DNA of 47,955 nucleotides from a virus: IMG/VR virus record IMGVR_UViG_3300045988_175607, positions 1 to 47,955 of that record; one strand, 5' to 3'. Shown piece by piece: positions 39,064 to 47,955 of this stretch (position 1 is its first letter; each line of letters starts with the position of its first letter). The notes under the pieces were generated by a model. It saw only the letters and a program-made list of their open reading frames with translations, ran no database searches and was not told where the DNA came from. The position numbers and the translations under genes were made by a program.

Positions 39064-40524
39064 AGATAAAAAATCTTCTTAACTAGAAAAGTTTGGTGAA
39101 TTTTGTTAAATTGCTTTATTTTAATTTTTATATATAATAGATAAAAATTAAAAAGGAGAATAATTTAATGATTAACTTTGGTAGTGATATTGAATTTATT
39201 TAGAATTACGAGAAATTAAAAAGCTCTCGAAAAATGGGAGAATTATACCATTGTGATAAAAAAAGTATTACCACTCATGCCAAAAAACTTGGATATGATT
39301 ATAGTAAACATAAGGTAAAAAAAATTACTACCGTTCCTTTAGATGAAGTTATTGCAGCATATGAAGAATTACGAAGTACAAATAAAGTTGGAGAACTCTA
39401 TAATTGTAGTGGAAATGCAGTAAGAACTTATCTTAAAAATAATGGATATACTTTTCCTTCTCAAGGAAAATTAATTAATATTCCTGATGATGAATTTATT
39501 GCCAATTATGAAAAATTACAAAGCGCTGACAAAATGGGAAATTATTATAATTGCAGCGGAACGGCAATTTTAAAACATGCTAAAAAAATTGGCTATAATG
39601 TTGAAACAAGTCACAGTTATAAATTAAGTCCAGAAGACAAGAAAAGCATTCTTGATGCATATTATACCACAACTTCCACTGAATTAGCTAAAAAATATAA
39701 TGTAAGTCGTGGCATGATTACTAAAGTTTGGTATAACAATGGCTTAATTGGTAAGCAAGAAGCTCCTCCGGTTACTACAATGATTGATTTAACAGGACAA
39801 AAATTTGGTTTATGGACTGTCCTTTATCCTACTGAGCGCCGCAACAGCAATGGCGGTATATATTGGATGTGTCAATGTGAATGTAGAACACAAAGAGAGG
39901 TTGGTAGTTCAGAATTGCGATAGGGCCGTAGTCGTTCTTGCGGATGCAAACCGCAAACATCTAAAGGTACAATAAGAATTACTGAACTATTAACAAATGC
40001 AGGGATTCCTTTTGAGCGAGAAAAAAGATTTGATTCTTGTAGAGACCGGATCACAATGCCTTTTGATTTTTTCGTAAATAATTAGTATTTAATTGAATAT
40101 GATGGAAGATAGCATTATGGATATCATAGTATATATGATTATGAATATATTCATAAACATGATATTATGAAAACCTAGTGGTGTCATGAAAATAATATTC
40201 CTTTAATACGTATTCCTTATACTCAATTAGATAAATTATGTTTAAATGATTTAATGTTAGAAACTACAACTTTTTTAGATTAATATAATGCCGACGTTAA
40301 ATTGGGCAAAATCGGTGAAACCCTTCATAATATTAGGACAATACCGAGGTAAACTCTTAAATAGCGCAAGGTTAAGAGTCACCGTAGAGCATAGATAGTG
40401 AATAAATATAATCTATCCACGAGTGCCCAACTATATAGTTATTATATAGAAAATATATGCCGAACTTATATGATGATAAAATATAAGAACTAAGAGATAA
40501 AAAGCTCTTAGGGTAACAAGTTTG
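39064..40524 (+). ncRNA. group I-type intron (family B) in dut with a PD-(D/E)XK (Vsr/DUF559-like) homing endonuclease ORF
   Basis: Exon ggT | agataaaaaatctt; 3' part has ccacgagtgcc, aatatatgccgaac, hairpin cttata/tataag, hairpin taagag-ataaaaag-ctctta, ggtaacaagtttG | att. Splicing gives ANSVG-IIDADY (dUTPase motif 3). Confidence 0.75.
39168..40283 (+). CDS. intron-encoded endonuclease: four HTH-like repeats (ELYHCDKKSITTHAKKLGY-type) plus C-terminal PD-(D/E)XK Vsr-like nuclease domain; 4 TAG sense codons
   Basis: FGLWTVLYP...GGIYWMCQCECR...SCGC; MPFDFFVNN-Q-YLIEYDGR-Q-HY...W.HENNIPLIRIPY (E.DG.QH motif spans a TAG). Confidence 0.65.
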
Positions 40525-40728
40525 ATTATTGATGCCGATTATGTAGACAACGAGAGTAATGAGGGCGAGATATTTTTCCAAGTGATTAATTTTAGTCCTT
40601 TTCCTATTCAAATAAAACGCGGAGATAAAATTTGTCAAGGCATTATTTGCACCTATGATACTATTACTGATGACAATGTAATGACTTCACGAACTGGTGG
40701 CTTTGGCAGTACTTCGATGAATGGGTAA
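40525..40728 (+). CDS. dut: dUTPase exon 2 (motifs 4-5)
   Basis: IIDADYVDNE...IKRGDKICQGII...RTGGFGSTS. Confidence 0.8.
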   Translation: MIDADYVDNESNEGEIFFQVINFSPFPIQIKRGDKICQGIICTYDTITDDNVMTSRTGGFGSTSMNG

Positions 40729-41218
40729 TCTTTTAGCATTAGATTAGGCTACACGAACTACAGGTTATGCGGTCTTTAAAGATTAGCAATTGTATAAAGT
40801 CGGTACTTTTACATTTGCTGATAATGAAATAGGAGACCGTTTGGTTAAAATTAGAAAAAAAATTCTTTCATTAATTGAAGAATATGAAATTAATGAAATA
40901 GCTTTTGAAGATATACAATTATAGGAAAATCACGAAACAAAAATCGCAAATGTTGATACCTTCCAAAAACTGGCAGAAGTTTTTGGTGTATTAGAAGAAT
41001 TATGCACTGAAATTGATATGCCTTATCAAATAATTTCTGCTAGCTCCTGGAAGTCTCTTTGCGGTATTAAAGGGCGTGATCGTGCGACTCAAAAGAAAAA
41101 TACTTAGTTGTATATATAGAATAAATATAATATAAAAGTTGCACAAGATGCTTGCGATGCTATTTGTATTGGAGAATATGGCCTTAAACATAGTAAACAA
41201 ATGCTAATTTGGGAATAA
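40721..41218 (+). CDS. RuvC-like Holliday junction resolvase; 5 TAG sense codons; start overlaps the dut stop
   Basis: MGNLLALD-Q-ATRTTGYAVFKD (RuvC N-terminal LGIDPG..TGYAV-like), ...AFEDI..., ...DACDAICIG (RuvC C-terminal DAxAxA-like). Confidence 0.6.
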
Positions 41219-41299
41219 ATTTGGCCGATATATATTAATTAAACACTTCAAACTTTAAAAGTAAATGACGGAGAACTTTTAAAGAAAGGAGTGCTACCC

Positions 41300-41800
41300 T
41301 TGATTGATTTTATAGTAAAATATTGGCTAGAGGTAGTATTTGGCTTAATTACATTAGGGGTTAGTAGTTTAGCTAAACATTATTATAGTTTATATAAAGC
41401 TGAAAAATAGCGTTAGCATAAAGTTGAATTAGCTGATATCGATGAAAAAATAGCAAATGCAGTTACTGTTGGTAATAAGGATCTTCTAGAAGAATTACAA
41501 AAAAGTATTGAAGCTTCTAATACTAAAAGAAAACTTTTAGATGAAAAAGTTGAAATTACTATTAAAGAATTAAGCAAAATAAAGTCTGGTTTGTTAAGTA
41601 TGTATAAAAAAGATTTTATAAATGACTGCCGCACCTTATTAGAACCAAGTCATATTATAACTTATGATGAATTTTAGAATATTTCTAAAGAGCATGAAAT
41701 TTATAATGGCCTTGGTGGAAACCATGATGGCGATAGAAATTTTGAAATAGTAAAAGAAAAATATTAGGATTAGACTTCTTCAATTTTATTTTTAAAATAA
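41300..41800 (+). CDS. membrane-anchored hypothetical protein (TTG start, 5 TAG sense codons)
   Basis: RBS aaggag 8 nt upstream; TM VVFGLITLGVSSLA; ...EIYNGLGGNHDGDRNFE. Confidence 0.4.
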
Positions 41801-41835
41801 AAAAAAGGGTATAGCAATTATACTATACCCTCTTC
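41801..41835. terminator. bidirectional rho-independent terminator between the convergent modules
   Basis: gggtatag-caattata-ctataccc with T-rich runs on both sides. Confidence 0.7.
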
Positions 41836-42105
41836 TTTTAATAACTAATTTAGTTTTTCTGTTATAACATCATTATAAGTCGCTATAAAATCAGCAACTT
41901 CTTCTTTTATTTTTGGTTCTAGTCGAATATTATAGCTTTTAAATACCGCATGTGTGAGTTCGTGACGGAGAACTTTTATTATTTGGTCAGGAGCTATATA
42001 TTCATTAATATAAATGGTCTATGTAATATTATCACAAGATCCAAGAGTGTAAGAATGATTGGGAGTTTTTAATTTTGGATGGTAAGGAGAGACGAATTTA
42101 ATCAT
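41818..42105 (-). CDS. HExxH zinc metallopeptidase-like small protein (ImmA/IrrE/DUF955-like)
   Basis: MIKFVSPYHPKL...GSCDNIT-Q-TIYINEYIAPDQIIKVLRHELTHAVF; RBS ggggagag. Confidence 0.5.
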
Positions 42106-42135
42106 CCATCTCTCCCCATTTATTTCAATCATTAA

Positions 42136-42582
42136 TTAGATTTGTTCAATCTTGGAAGTTAACATCTACATTTTTTTATGCAATAATTGCTTTTCTTCTG
42201 GAGAAGCATCTTGAATCATTTCTACTATGTCGCTAGTGAGTTCATTCATATATTTTTCCAATTCTTTTACTTGCGTAGCTTTATCGGCATTTGTAGATTT
42301 TACTTCAAGATAATGTTTGCGGGACAAGGGACTAGCTCCTTCACGTTTATCCCTTTGAGTTCGTAGATGTTCATGTTCAGTGTAATAATACATTTCATTT
42401 CCGGTTTTTTCCTGCATTGCTTCAGTAATAGTACAATAATAAATAGCTTCTTCTAAATCTTTTATAATGTCTATTACTTCACCCATCTCTTTAGTATCAA
42501 CGCATTCTAAATGCCCGAGTTGTGCTTGAACCTATTCTATAAAGGCGTCTCTCATTTTTTCTAAACAATCCACAAATAAGAC
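42136..42582 (-). CDS. hypothetical late protein (GTG start with RBS aaaggagg; 2 TAG sense codons)
   Basis: The minus-strand frame stays open across the TAG at 42166-42168. Confidence 0.45.
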
Positions 42583-42599
42583 CTCCTTTATTAAGCAAC

Positions 42600-43010
42600 A
42601 CGCTCAACAATTAAATTTGCATTTTGAACAGAGATTGTTCCGGTGCTAGTATTTTCTATACTAATTTGAGTGCAACATCCACTTAACACATCTAAAAACA
42701 AGGTGCGTGATACGTTACTAAATTCAGCAACTGCCGCAGGGGTTTGAATCATTTGAGTGACCTAAACAGGCTCACCATTAATTGCAAGAGCTAATGAAAT
42801 AGCACCAACTGTTCCACCAGTAGGAATTGCAATGTTAGCGCCAAAAGAAATTTTAAAACGAGCGCGTCTTTGATTGGTCGCGCCTTTTAAAGTAACTAGC
42901 CCACTACCTTCGCGATAGATTATTGAGCAATTACCAGATACAGCAGTATCAGTAAATACTACATTAGAGCCAGAATTAACTGACTATAAAGCATTCGCTG
43001 TTATCTCCAT
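42600..43010 (-). CDS. C1q/TNF-like (BclA C-terminal-domain-like) receptor-binding or fibre-tip protein; 2 TAG sense codons
   Basis: ...ARFKISFGANIAIPTGGTVGAISLALAINGEPV-Q-VTQM...ISIENTSTGTISVQNANLIVERVA; RBS aaagagg. Confidence 0.55.
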
Positions 43011-43029
43011 AATTTTTTAACCTCTTTCT

Positions 43030-43730
43030 TTAATTATTATTGCAACCACAGCCATACCCACAACCATAAGTTGTATAAGTATTGCCAGTATAAGGATTAG
43101 CGACGATATAGGCAGGAGTTGCAGAAGGAGAAAGTTTAGAAATCAAATAAGCATTCTGTTCGCTCTGAGAGATCTGACCTTTCAGAGAAGTATTTTCTGC
43201 TGTTAAAGAGCTAATCTTATCATTGACTAAGAAGTCAAGTATCTGACGAGTGTTATTATTGTTCGCATCAATAATGTCACGAGTACTATCAGAAACAACT
43301 TGACGATTTTGACAAGCTTGAGTCGCAAGATTGTAGTTAAGATCCGCAAAATTTGAGGACACAAGCATTTTGTTATCACAACAGCACTGCGCATTGACTG
43401 CGGCCATGTTCTGTAACTGATTGGACAATGAGAACGTGCCGTTAGTAATTGCAGAAGTGATTGCATTTGTGTTCTATAAATTAGTCATGCCAATACCACA
43501 GAGGTCATTTTGTAAGACTCTTACGCCATTATTTGTGGCTTCTGTGGAATTGGTTACTGCACTATGAGTGTTAGCAATCTGATTACTTAAACCATTCATA
43601 TCAAAACCATAAGTTATAGCGTTGCGGGTTAAAGCGCCGTTTGTGCCAGCGCCGGAATCATTTCCGCCCCAGCCATTACAATTATTACCCCAACCGCCCA
43701 TAAAACAGAACAGGAAGAGTATTATAATCC
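43030..43730 (-). CDS. late Gly/Asn/Cys-rich protein, exon 2 (1 TAG sense codon at 43471)
   Basis: ...GGWGNNCNGWGGNDSGAGTNGAL...AQCCCDNKM...TYGCGYGCGCNNN; continuous with the exon 1 frame through W(T|GG). Confidence 0.55.
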
Positions 43731-44530
43731 CAAATTTGTTATCGGATAAACTTTTTATTTTATCCTTCTATCACTTCATTTTGTGATAGTTCAGCATATC
43801 TTTTCAATTGCTTGCGCAATTGTCGCGGCCTCGTGGAAATTCTTAAAAGAATTGAAATATTAACAATTTCTACATTATATCTTATATAAAATAGAATTTA
43901 TAATTGTGAGTTTGATTCCTTCGACCATTTAATACTTTAGAAATAGTGCCTTTATTTATTCCTAATATAGCTCCAGCTTCAGTAACAGATTTAAAAACCA
44001 ATTCTTCATTTGTTATTATATTTTTTGCCACTACTGGTTTTTCCTAATTTTTTAATCCAGTTCTTCTCGCATGATGATCATTTTCTTGAGCTGTACACCA
44101 TTCTAAATTCTCTACACTATTATTGGTTTTATTGCCATCTTTATGATTTACATATGGTAAATTATTAGGATTGTCAATAAAATATAAAGCTACTAATCGA
44201 TGTATTCTAAAAGTCTTCTTTATTCCATTTTGACAAAAAGTATAAGTTAAATAGCCATTAACATTTAAATAAGGCGTAAGTATTTTATTTTTTTTAACAT
44301 TTTTTACATTACCAAAATTAGAAATGGCATAATTATTAAACTCATTAATTATTATATATTTTTCCATTTTGTATCCTCCTTATTATGACTTATTAAGTCT
44401 TTAAAGAGATATAATATTCAGTTTATCTATGCGTTGCCCCTGACTGCAGTTTCTGCAGCCTTCGGTTCGGATTAGCATCTCAGCCTTCCCGCTTAATTCC
44501 GCGATTTACCCTTGGCAGATTATTCCTACC
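43731..44530 (-). ncRNA. group I-type intron (family B) on the minus strand with an HNH homing endonuclease ORF
   Basis: Minus-strand 5' part gcgggaaggctgagatgctaatccgaaccgaagg...ctgcag-aaa-ctgcag...gcaacgcatag; 3' part tccacgaggcc, aagatatgctgaac, hairpin ctatcac/gtgatag, hairpin ggataaa-ataaaaag-tttatcc, gataacaaatttG. Confidence 0.6.
43882..44367 (-). CDS. HNH (HNH_3 plus NUMOD-like HTH) homing endonuclease, 1 TAG sense codon
   Basis: FGNVKNVKKNKILTPYLNVNGYLTYTF...HRLVALYF...VNHKDGNKTNNSVENLEWCTAQEN; after the TAG, ...VFKSVTEAGAILGINKGTISKVLNG; RBS aaggagg. Confidence 0.7.
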
Positions 44531-44624
44531 AAGCGCCGTTGCCTTCACCAAATCCATCACCATTGCGATTACCACTCGCAGCAGCGATATCAGACAGACT
44601 ATAACCATTACCATAATTGAACAT
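44531..44624 (-). CDS. late Gly/Asn-rich protein, exon 1
   Basis: Strong RBS aaaggagg; MFNYGNGYSLSDIAAASGNRNGDGFGEGNGA(W). Confidence 0.5.
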
Positions 44625-44655
44625 ATTAAATGTTCCTCCTTTAATATTATATTAT

Positions 44656-44895
44656 TTAAAGCCCTAAACTTTGTTTAAAGGCATTAAATTCACTATCAAA
44701 GTCTACTCCTTTTTGTGCGGCCAAGTTACGCACAATTTGTTCAATTTGCTATGTATTACCACTTTGTGCAAGTTGTAATAAATTTTGGCCCATAGGAGTA
44801 TTCCCTATTTCCGACTACATGTAATTTATCATTAATTGTTGTGGATTCTGGCCGCTCTTTATCATTTGAATAAATTGCATAGGATTTACTTGCAT
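44656..44895 (-). CDS. hypothetical small late protein (2 TAG sense codons)
   Basis: RBS gaaaggag; 79 aa. Confidence 0.4.
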
Positions 44896-44912
44896 GATCT
44901 TTATCTCCTTTC

Positions 44913-45284
44913 TTAAAATTTAAATTCTTCTTCAGTTTGTTCCACTACTGGAGTTAAAGATGATTTTAGTGAATCGATAGCTTTTTCAAATTCTTCCCTA
45001 GTAACATAGTTTGCTGGAGTTTCAGAAGGTATCTATTGTAATACATACATATTAAATAATGGAGTACCATCTAAACCAATCTATTTAGTATAGATTCGCT
45101 CATGTGCTAAATCGGGGAAAAAGAATACTGTTCCATCAAAATCAATTGGTAACGCCCGCACTTCTTCTAACGAAGCGACAGGACGTCCCTTTAAAAATAA
45201 TGGTTGATTTTGTTGAATTGGTATTGCTGTTGGCTATGGTCGCATAGTTGGCGACTAGGGGTAATAAGTATATTGAGTTTGCAT
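44913..45284 (-). CDS. hypothetical late protein (4 TAG sense codons)
   Basis: 123 aa, open only with TAG as sense. Confidence 0.4.
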
Positions 45285-45461
45285 ACCATTAATCCTTTCT
45301 TTTTATTTTTTAAAATGAAAAGTCCCCATACTTTTCATTAATATCTGAAAATTAAGATTAATATCTTAATTATCGTTGTCCAAGCATTTCTTTGTAAAAT
45401 TTTTTAAGTATACTCTATCCAATAGCGAATAAAGTATACAAAATAAAGGGGAAACACCTAT

Positions 45462-45490
45462 TTGCTAGGTAGTTTCCCCTTTTTGTTTTT
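45462..45490. terminator. hairpin terminator downstream of the minus-strand gene 45492-45884
   Basis: aggggaaac...gtttcccct flanked by T runs. Confidence 0.6.
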
Positions 45491-45491
45491 A

Positions 45492-45884
45492 TTACTGTTT
45501 ATTTAATTTAACTTCTGCTTCAACTCTATTAGCAATATAAGTTTGTAAATCTCCAAGAGCAACAGATAAATACTCTTTTGCATCATCACTTAATATAGCT
45601 AATACATTGTTACAAGTATCTTCAAAAGCTTTTTTCTGCGCGGCTGCATCAAAAGAGCCGGAAGCCTTTAAAGAATCAACATAAGTCTAATTAGTTGCTA
45701 TTACACAATCTGTAATAGTTTGACTTAAAAGATCAATATATTTATGATATAAAGTATTGTCAACTTGTGTTTTCAGACTTTCTTTTTTCTTATTAATATA
45801 AGTAATTAAGAAAGTTGTCAATACCCCTAATAAAGGTATTATACATACTTGAAATATTTCATTTAATAATTTTAACCAATCCAT
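45492..45884 (-). CDS. small membrane protein (1 TM plus coiled C-terminus; 1 TAG sense codon), possibly holin-like or fibre-associated
   Basis: RBS gtgaggtaa; VCIIPLLGVLTTFLITYI; continues past the TAG at 45687. Confidence 0.45.
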
Positions 45885-45892
45885 GTTTATTA

Positions 45893-46699
45893 TTACCTCA
45901 CTTTGATCCAAACGCGACCATCAACAGAAACATTATTGCTGCCCCAAGTATCATAATTAGGTACAGCACTAATTGAGCCTATTACAGCTTGTGGATGATT
46001 TTGAATTTCTTCTTTAGTCATAATAGACACTGTGCCATTAGGACCTGAACAAACAAAATCACCAATATGCGTTCTATATTCGTCACGATTCTCATAAGTA
46101 TAAGCTAACACTCGGCCAGAAACAGCCAAGGGTGTTTTTGCCTTTTCAGTTTCACCAATTGCAAAGCCATAAGTATCAGAAACAATAGAACAACCATACA
46201 TAAGTCTTGCTTTACTGGGTTCTACTGCATCATTGCCCAATTCATACACAACTCGGCCAGGGTTTATTTGCTTATTACTTATGCGATATTCAGCATAGTC
46301 ATTCCAAACGGCGCCATAAACCTTCGCAGCATATATATTGCCTTGAACGCCTACGCCGCCAGCTACAGTAAGCGCGCCAGTGGTTGTGCTTGAGGCAGCG
46401 GTAGTGTTTGTAATACTGACTTTATTTGCGCCAATACCAATTGAACCATCGCTACCAACAACAAGACCGCCACTTGCAGGAACCATAACTATACCCGCTT
46501 TAGAGGTAGTTGCAATATCAACGGCTGCACTGCCGCCGCCTAAAGAACTACCACCGCCAACGCCACCTTCAACTATAAATATGCGACTTAAATCATCATC
46601 AAAACCCTGTTGTTGGGAGCGCTGCGCATAATCAATTGCATTTAATTTTACTATTGTTAAACTGGTAACAGCACCAGTAGTATTAATTGTATAAGGCAT
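45893..46699 (-). CDS. Gly-rich tail fibre-like protein
   Basis: 268 aa; GGVGGGSSLGGGS, GGVGVQG; RBS aaggagaa. Confidence 0.6.
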   Translation of the reverse strand: MPYTINTTGAVTSLTIVKLNAIDYAQRSQQQGFDDDLSRIFIVEGGVGGGSSLGGGSAAVDIATTSKAGIVMVPASGGLVVGSDGSIGIGANKVSITNTTAASSTTTGALTVAGGVGVQGNIYAAKVYGAVWNDYAEYRISNKQINPGRVVYELGNDAVEPSKARLMYGCSIVSDTYGFAIGETEKAKTPLAVSGRVLAYTYENRDEYRTHIGDFVCSGPNGTVSIMTKEEIQNHPQAVIGSISAVPNYDTWGSNNVSVDGRVWIKVR

Positions 46700-46726
46700 T
46701 AATCTTACATTCTCCTTTCTTAGCGT

Positions 46727-47296
46727 TTAAACATCTACTTTAATAAATACTATAATGTCTGTTCCTATAGTAAACGAACATTCAGTTTCATTAGTACTTA
46801 ATGCTATTGGAGGAGGATTGCTGGCACTGTAACTACCAAAGATTTCACTTGCTGAAGAAACGCCTCCAGTATAAGTAAAAATCCTAAAACCCTTTGCGTC
46901 ATTATATCGAAGTGTTATTTGCCGACCTTGCAAAACAAAACAGTCATTATCTGTTTGTTGATCATCGCTTGGAGCTGAAGAAGCAGTACCAAAACCTGAG
47001 CCACCACACAAGAAATAACTAGACTTGCCATTTGGGTCAGTAAAAGCAGCAGGGGTTAAATCTAAAAACTGACTAACAAGCTAAGTATCTGTCGTGGTGC
47101 TAGGTACCATAATAATGCTTACTCGGCAATAAACTTGGCATTTTTCAACATTAACATTTAAATCAGATACATCATCAGGCACTAAATATAGTTCATTTGC
47201 ATTTAATTCAGAACCTTCACTCAGCTCAGTATATTTAGATTTATTTAATATATTAAGAACTAATTGTGCCTATTGATCAGTATATTCATTTGCCAT
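46727..47296 (-). CDS. hypothetical late structural protein (2 TAG sense codons)
   Basis: RBS aaagggggaa; 189 aa. Confidence 0.5.
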
Positions 47297-47523
47297 AAAA
47301 AGTTTATTCCCCCTTTTCTCTCTGTATTATATAATTTTTATTCATTTGAAATGAATCAAATATGGCCAAAAAGAAAAGGTTTTTTCTTCTTTCTTTCTCT
47401 ATTCTATAAGAAAGTTCTTATAAAAGTATAAATTTCTTTTGCCCATAAAGATTCTGTTAATTTATATAAAAAAATGTTAAGATTCTGTTAAGATAGCGCC
47501 GAGAATCCAAGCTTAAAAATCCT

Positions 47524-47955
47524 AATAGGTAATTAAATTTCTGTAAATACGCCATTAGAACTATATTCTCTTTTAGGTATTGGCAATTTATTTCCTTCAC
47601 CTTTATCAACAACTGTAACATCCAATTGTGGAATAGTTAAATCGTCTATTGGTGCAATAGTTCCATTGCCTATTGCTCCTTTATGAATACGGAAGTTTTG
47701 CATATAGCCTCGGAAGTAAGAACCAGCATTTGTACTATTTTCCGCCTAATGTCCAATAGCCATTGGGTATGTTGAAGAATACCAAAATCCATAGTTATTA
47801 CAAGTATACACATTAGTTTTTGTACCATTAATATATTCATACATAACAGTGCCTATACGTTCATAGCGACGATGTGTCCAGGTATTTATAGTATTCGCTG
47901 TCATAGCTTTCTAAGACCAAATTGTCCAGTTAGAACCATTCGAAACCCCATAACT
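47524..47955 (-). CDS. C-terminal (lectin/LamG-like) domain of a late protein whose start lies beyond the window; 2 TAG sense codons
   Basis: ...NAGSYFRGYMQNFRIHKGAIGNG... Confidence 0.45.

Noticed and set aside
44440-44460. ctgcag-aaa-ctgcag palindrome (two PstI sites) as a possible protein-binding operator
   Set aside because: It sits inside the family-B intron core where the other copies have a variable-sequence hairpin (P6-like); best explained as an RNA stem.
1-47955. tRNA (especially a CUA-anticodon suppressor), rRNA, CRISPR repeats, integrase or transposase
   Set aside because: Looked for T-loop-like GTTCGAATC/GTTCAAATC motifs, regularly spaced repeats and tyrosine/serine recombinase motifs; none found by eye. 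A suppressor tRNA, if phage-encoded, must lie outside this window.

Overview
AT-rich (about 30% GC) segment of a double-stranded DNA phage genome. The plus strand from 1 to about 41.8 kb carries lysis, DNA replication/recombination and nucleotide-metabolism genes: GyrB/GyrA-like topoisomerase II, NAD-ligase, DnaB, DnaG, RecJ, a Dda/RecD-like helicase, DnaE, a dNMP kinase, NrdD/NrdG, Dut, a ThyX-like protein, a Sak4-like ATPase and a RuvC-like resolvase. The minus strand from 41.8 to 48 kb carries a convergent late/structural module (tail-fibre-like, C1q/BclA-like and Gly/Asn-rich proteins). Two genome-wide properties stand out. (1) TAG is a sense codon, with Gln the best fit at conserved motifs; many real genes (endolysin, holin, RecJ, RuvC, dUTPase exon 1, all homing endonucleases, late genes) only become full-length when TAG is read through. 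(2) The window holds seven clear group I-type introns plus one partial intron-like element at the window start, in two sequence families, and a DnaE intein. These split gyrB, nrdD (twice), a Sak4-like ATPase gene (twice), dut, a late Gly/Asn/Cys-rich gene and apparently a phoH-like gene. Most carry homing-endonuclease ORFs of GIY-YIG, HNH, LAGLIDADG or PD-(D/E)XK type. The window itself begins inside one such intron-like element; one of its terminal hairpins (an 11-bp perfect inverted repeat) appears to carry a 4.7-kb six-gene cargo that includes two radical-SAM/SPASM enzymes and a Ser/Thr/Tyr-repeat protein (RiPP-like). Also notable are a prfB-like CTT TGA C +1 frameshift site at the start of dnaE and a -1 frame break in the adjacent helicase gene. 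No tRNA, rRNA or CRISPR array was detected.
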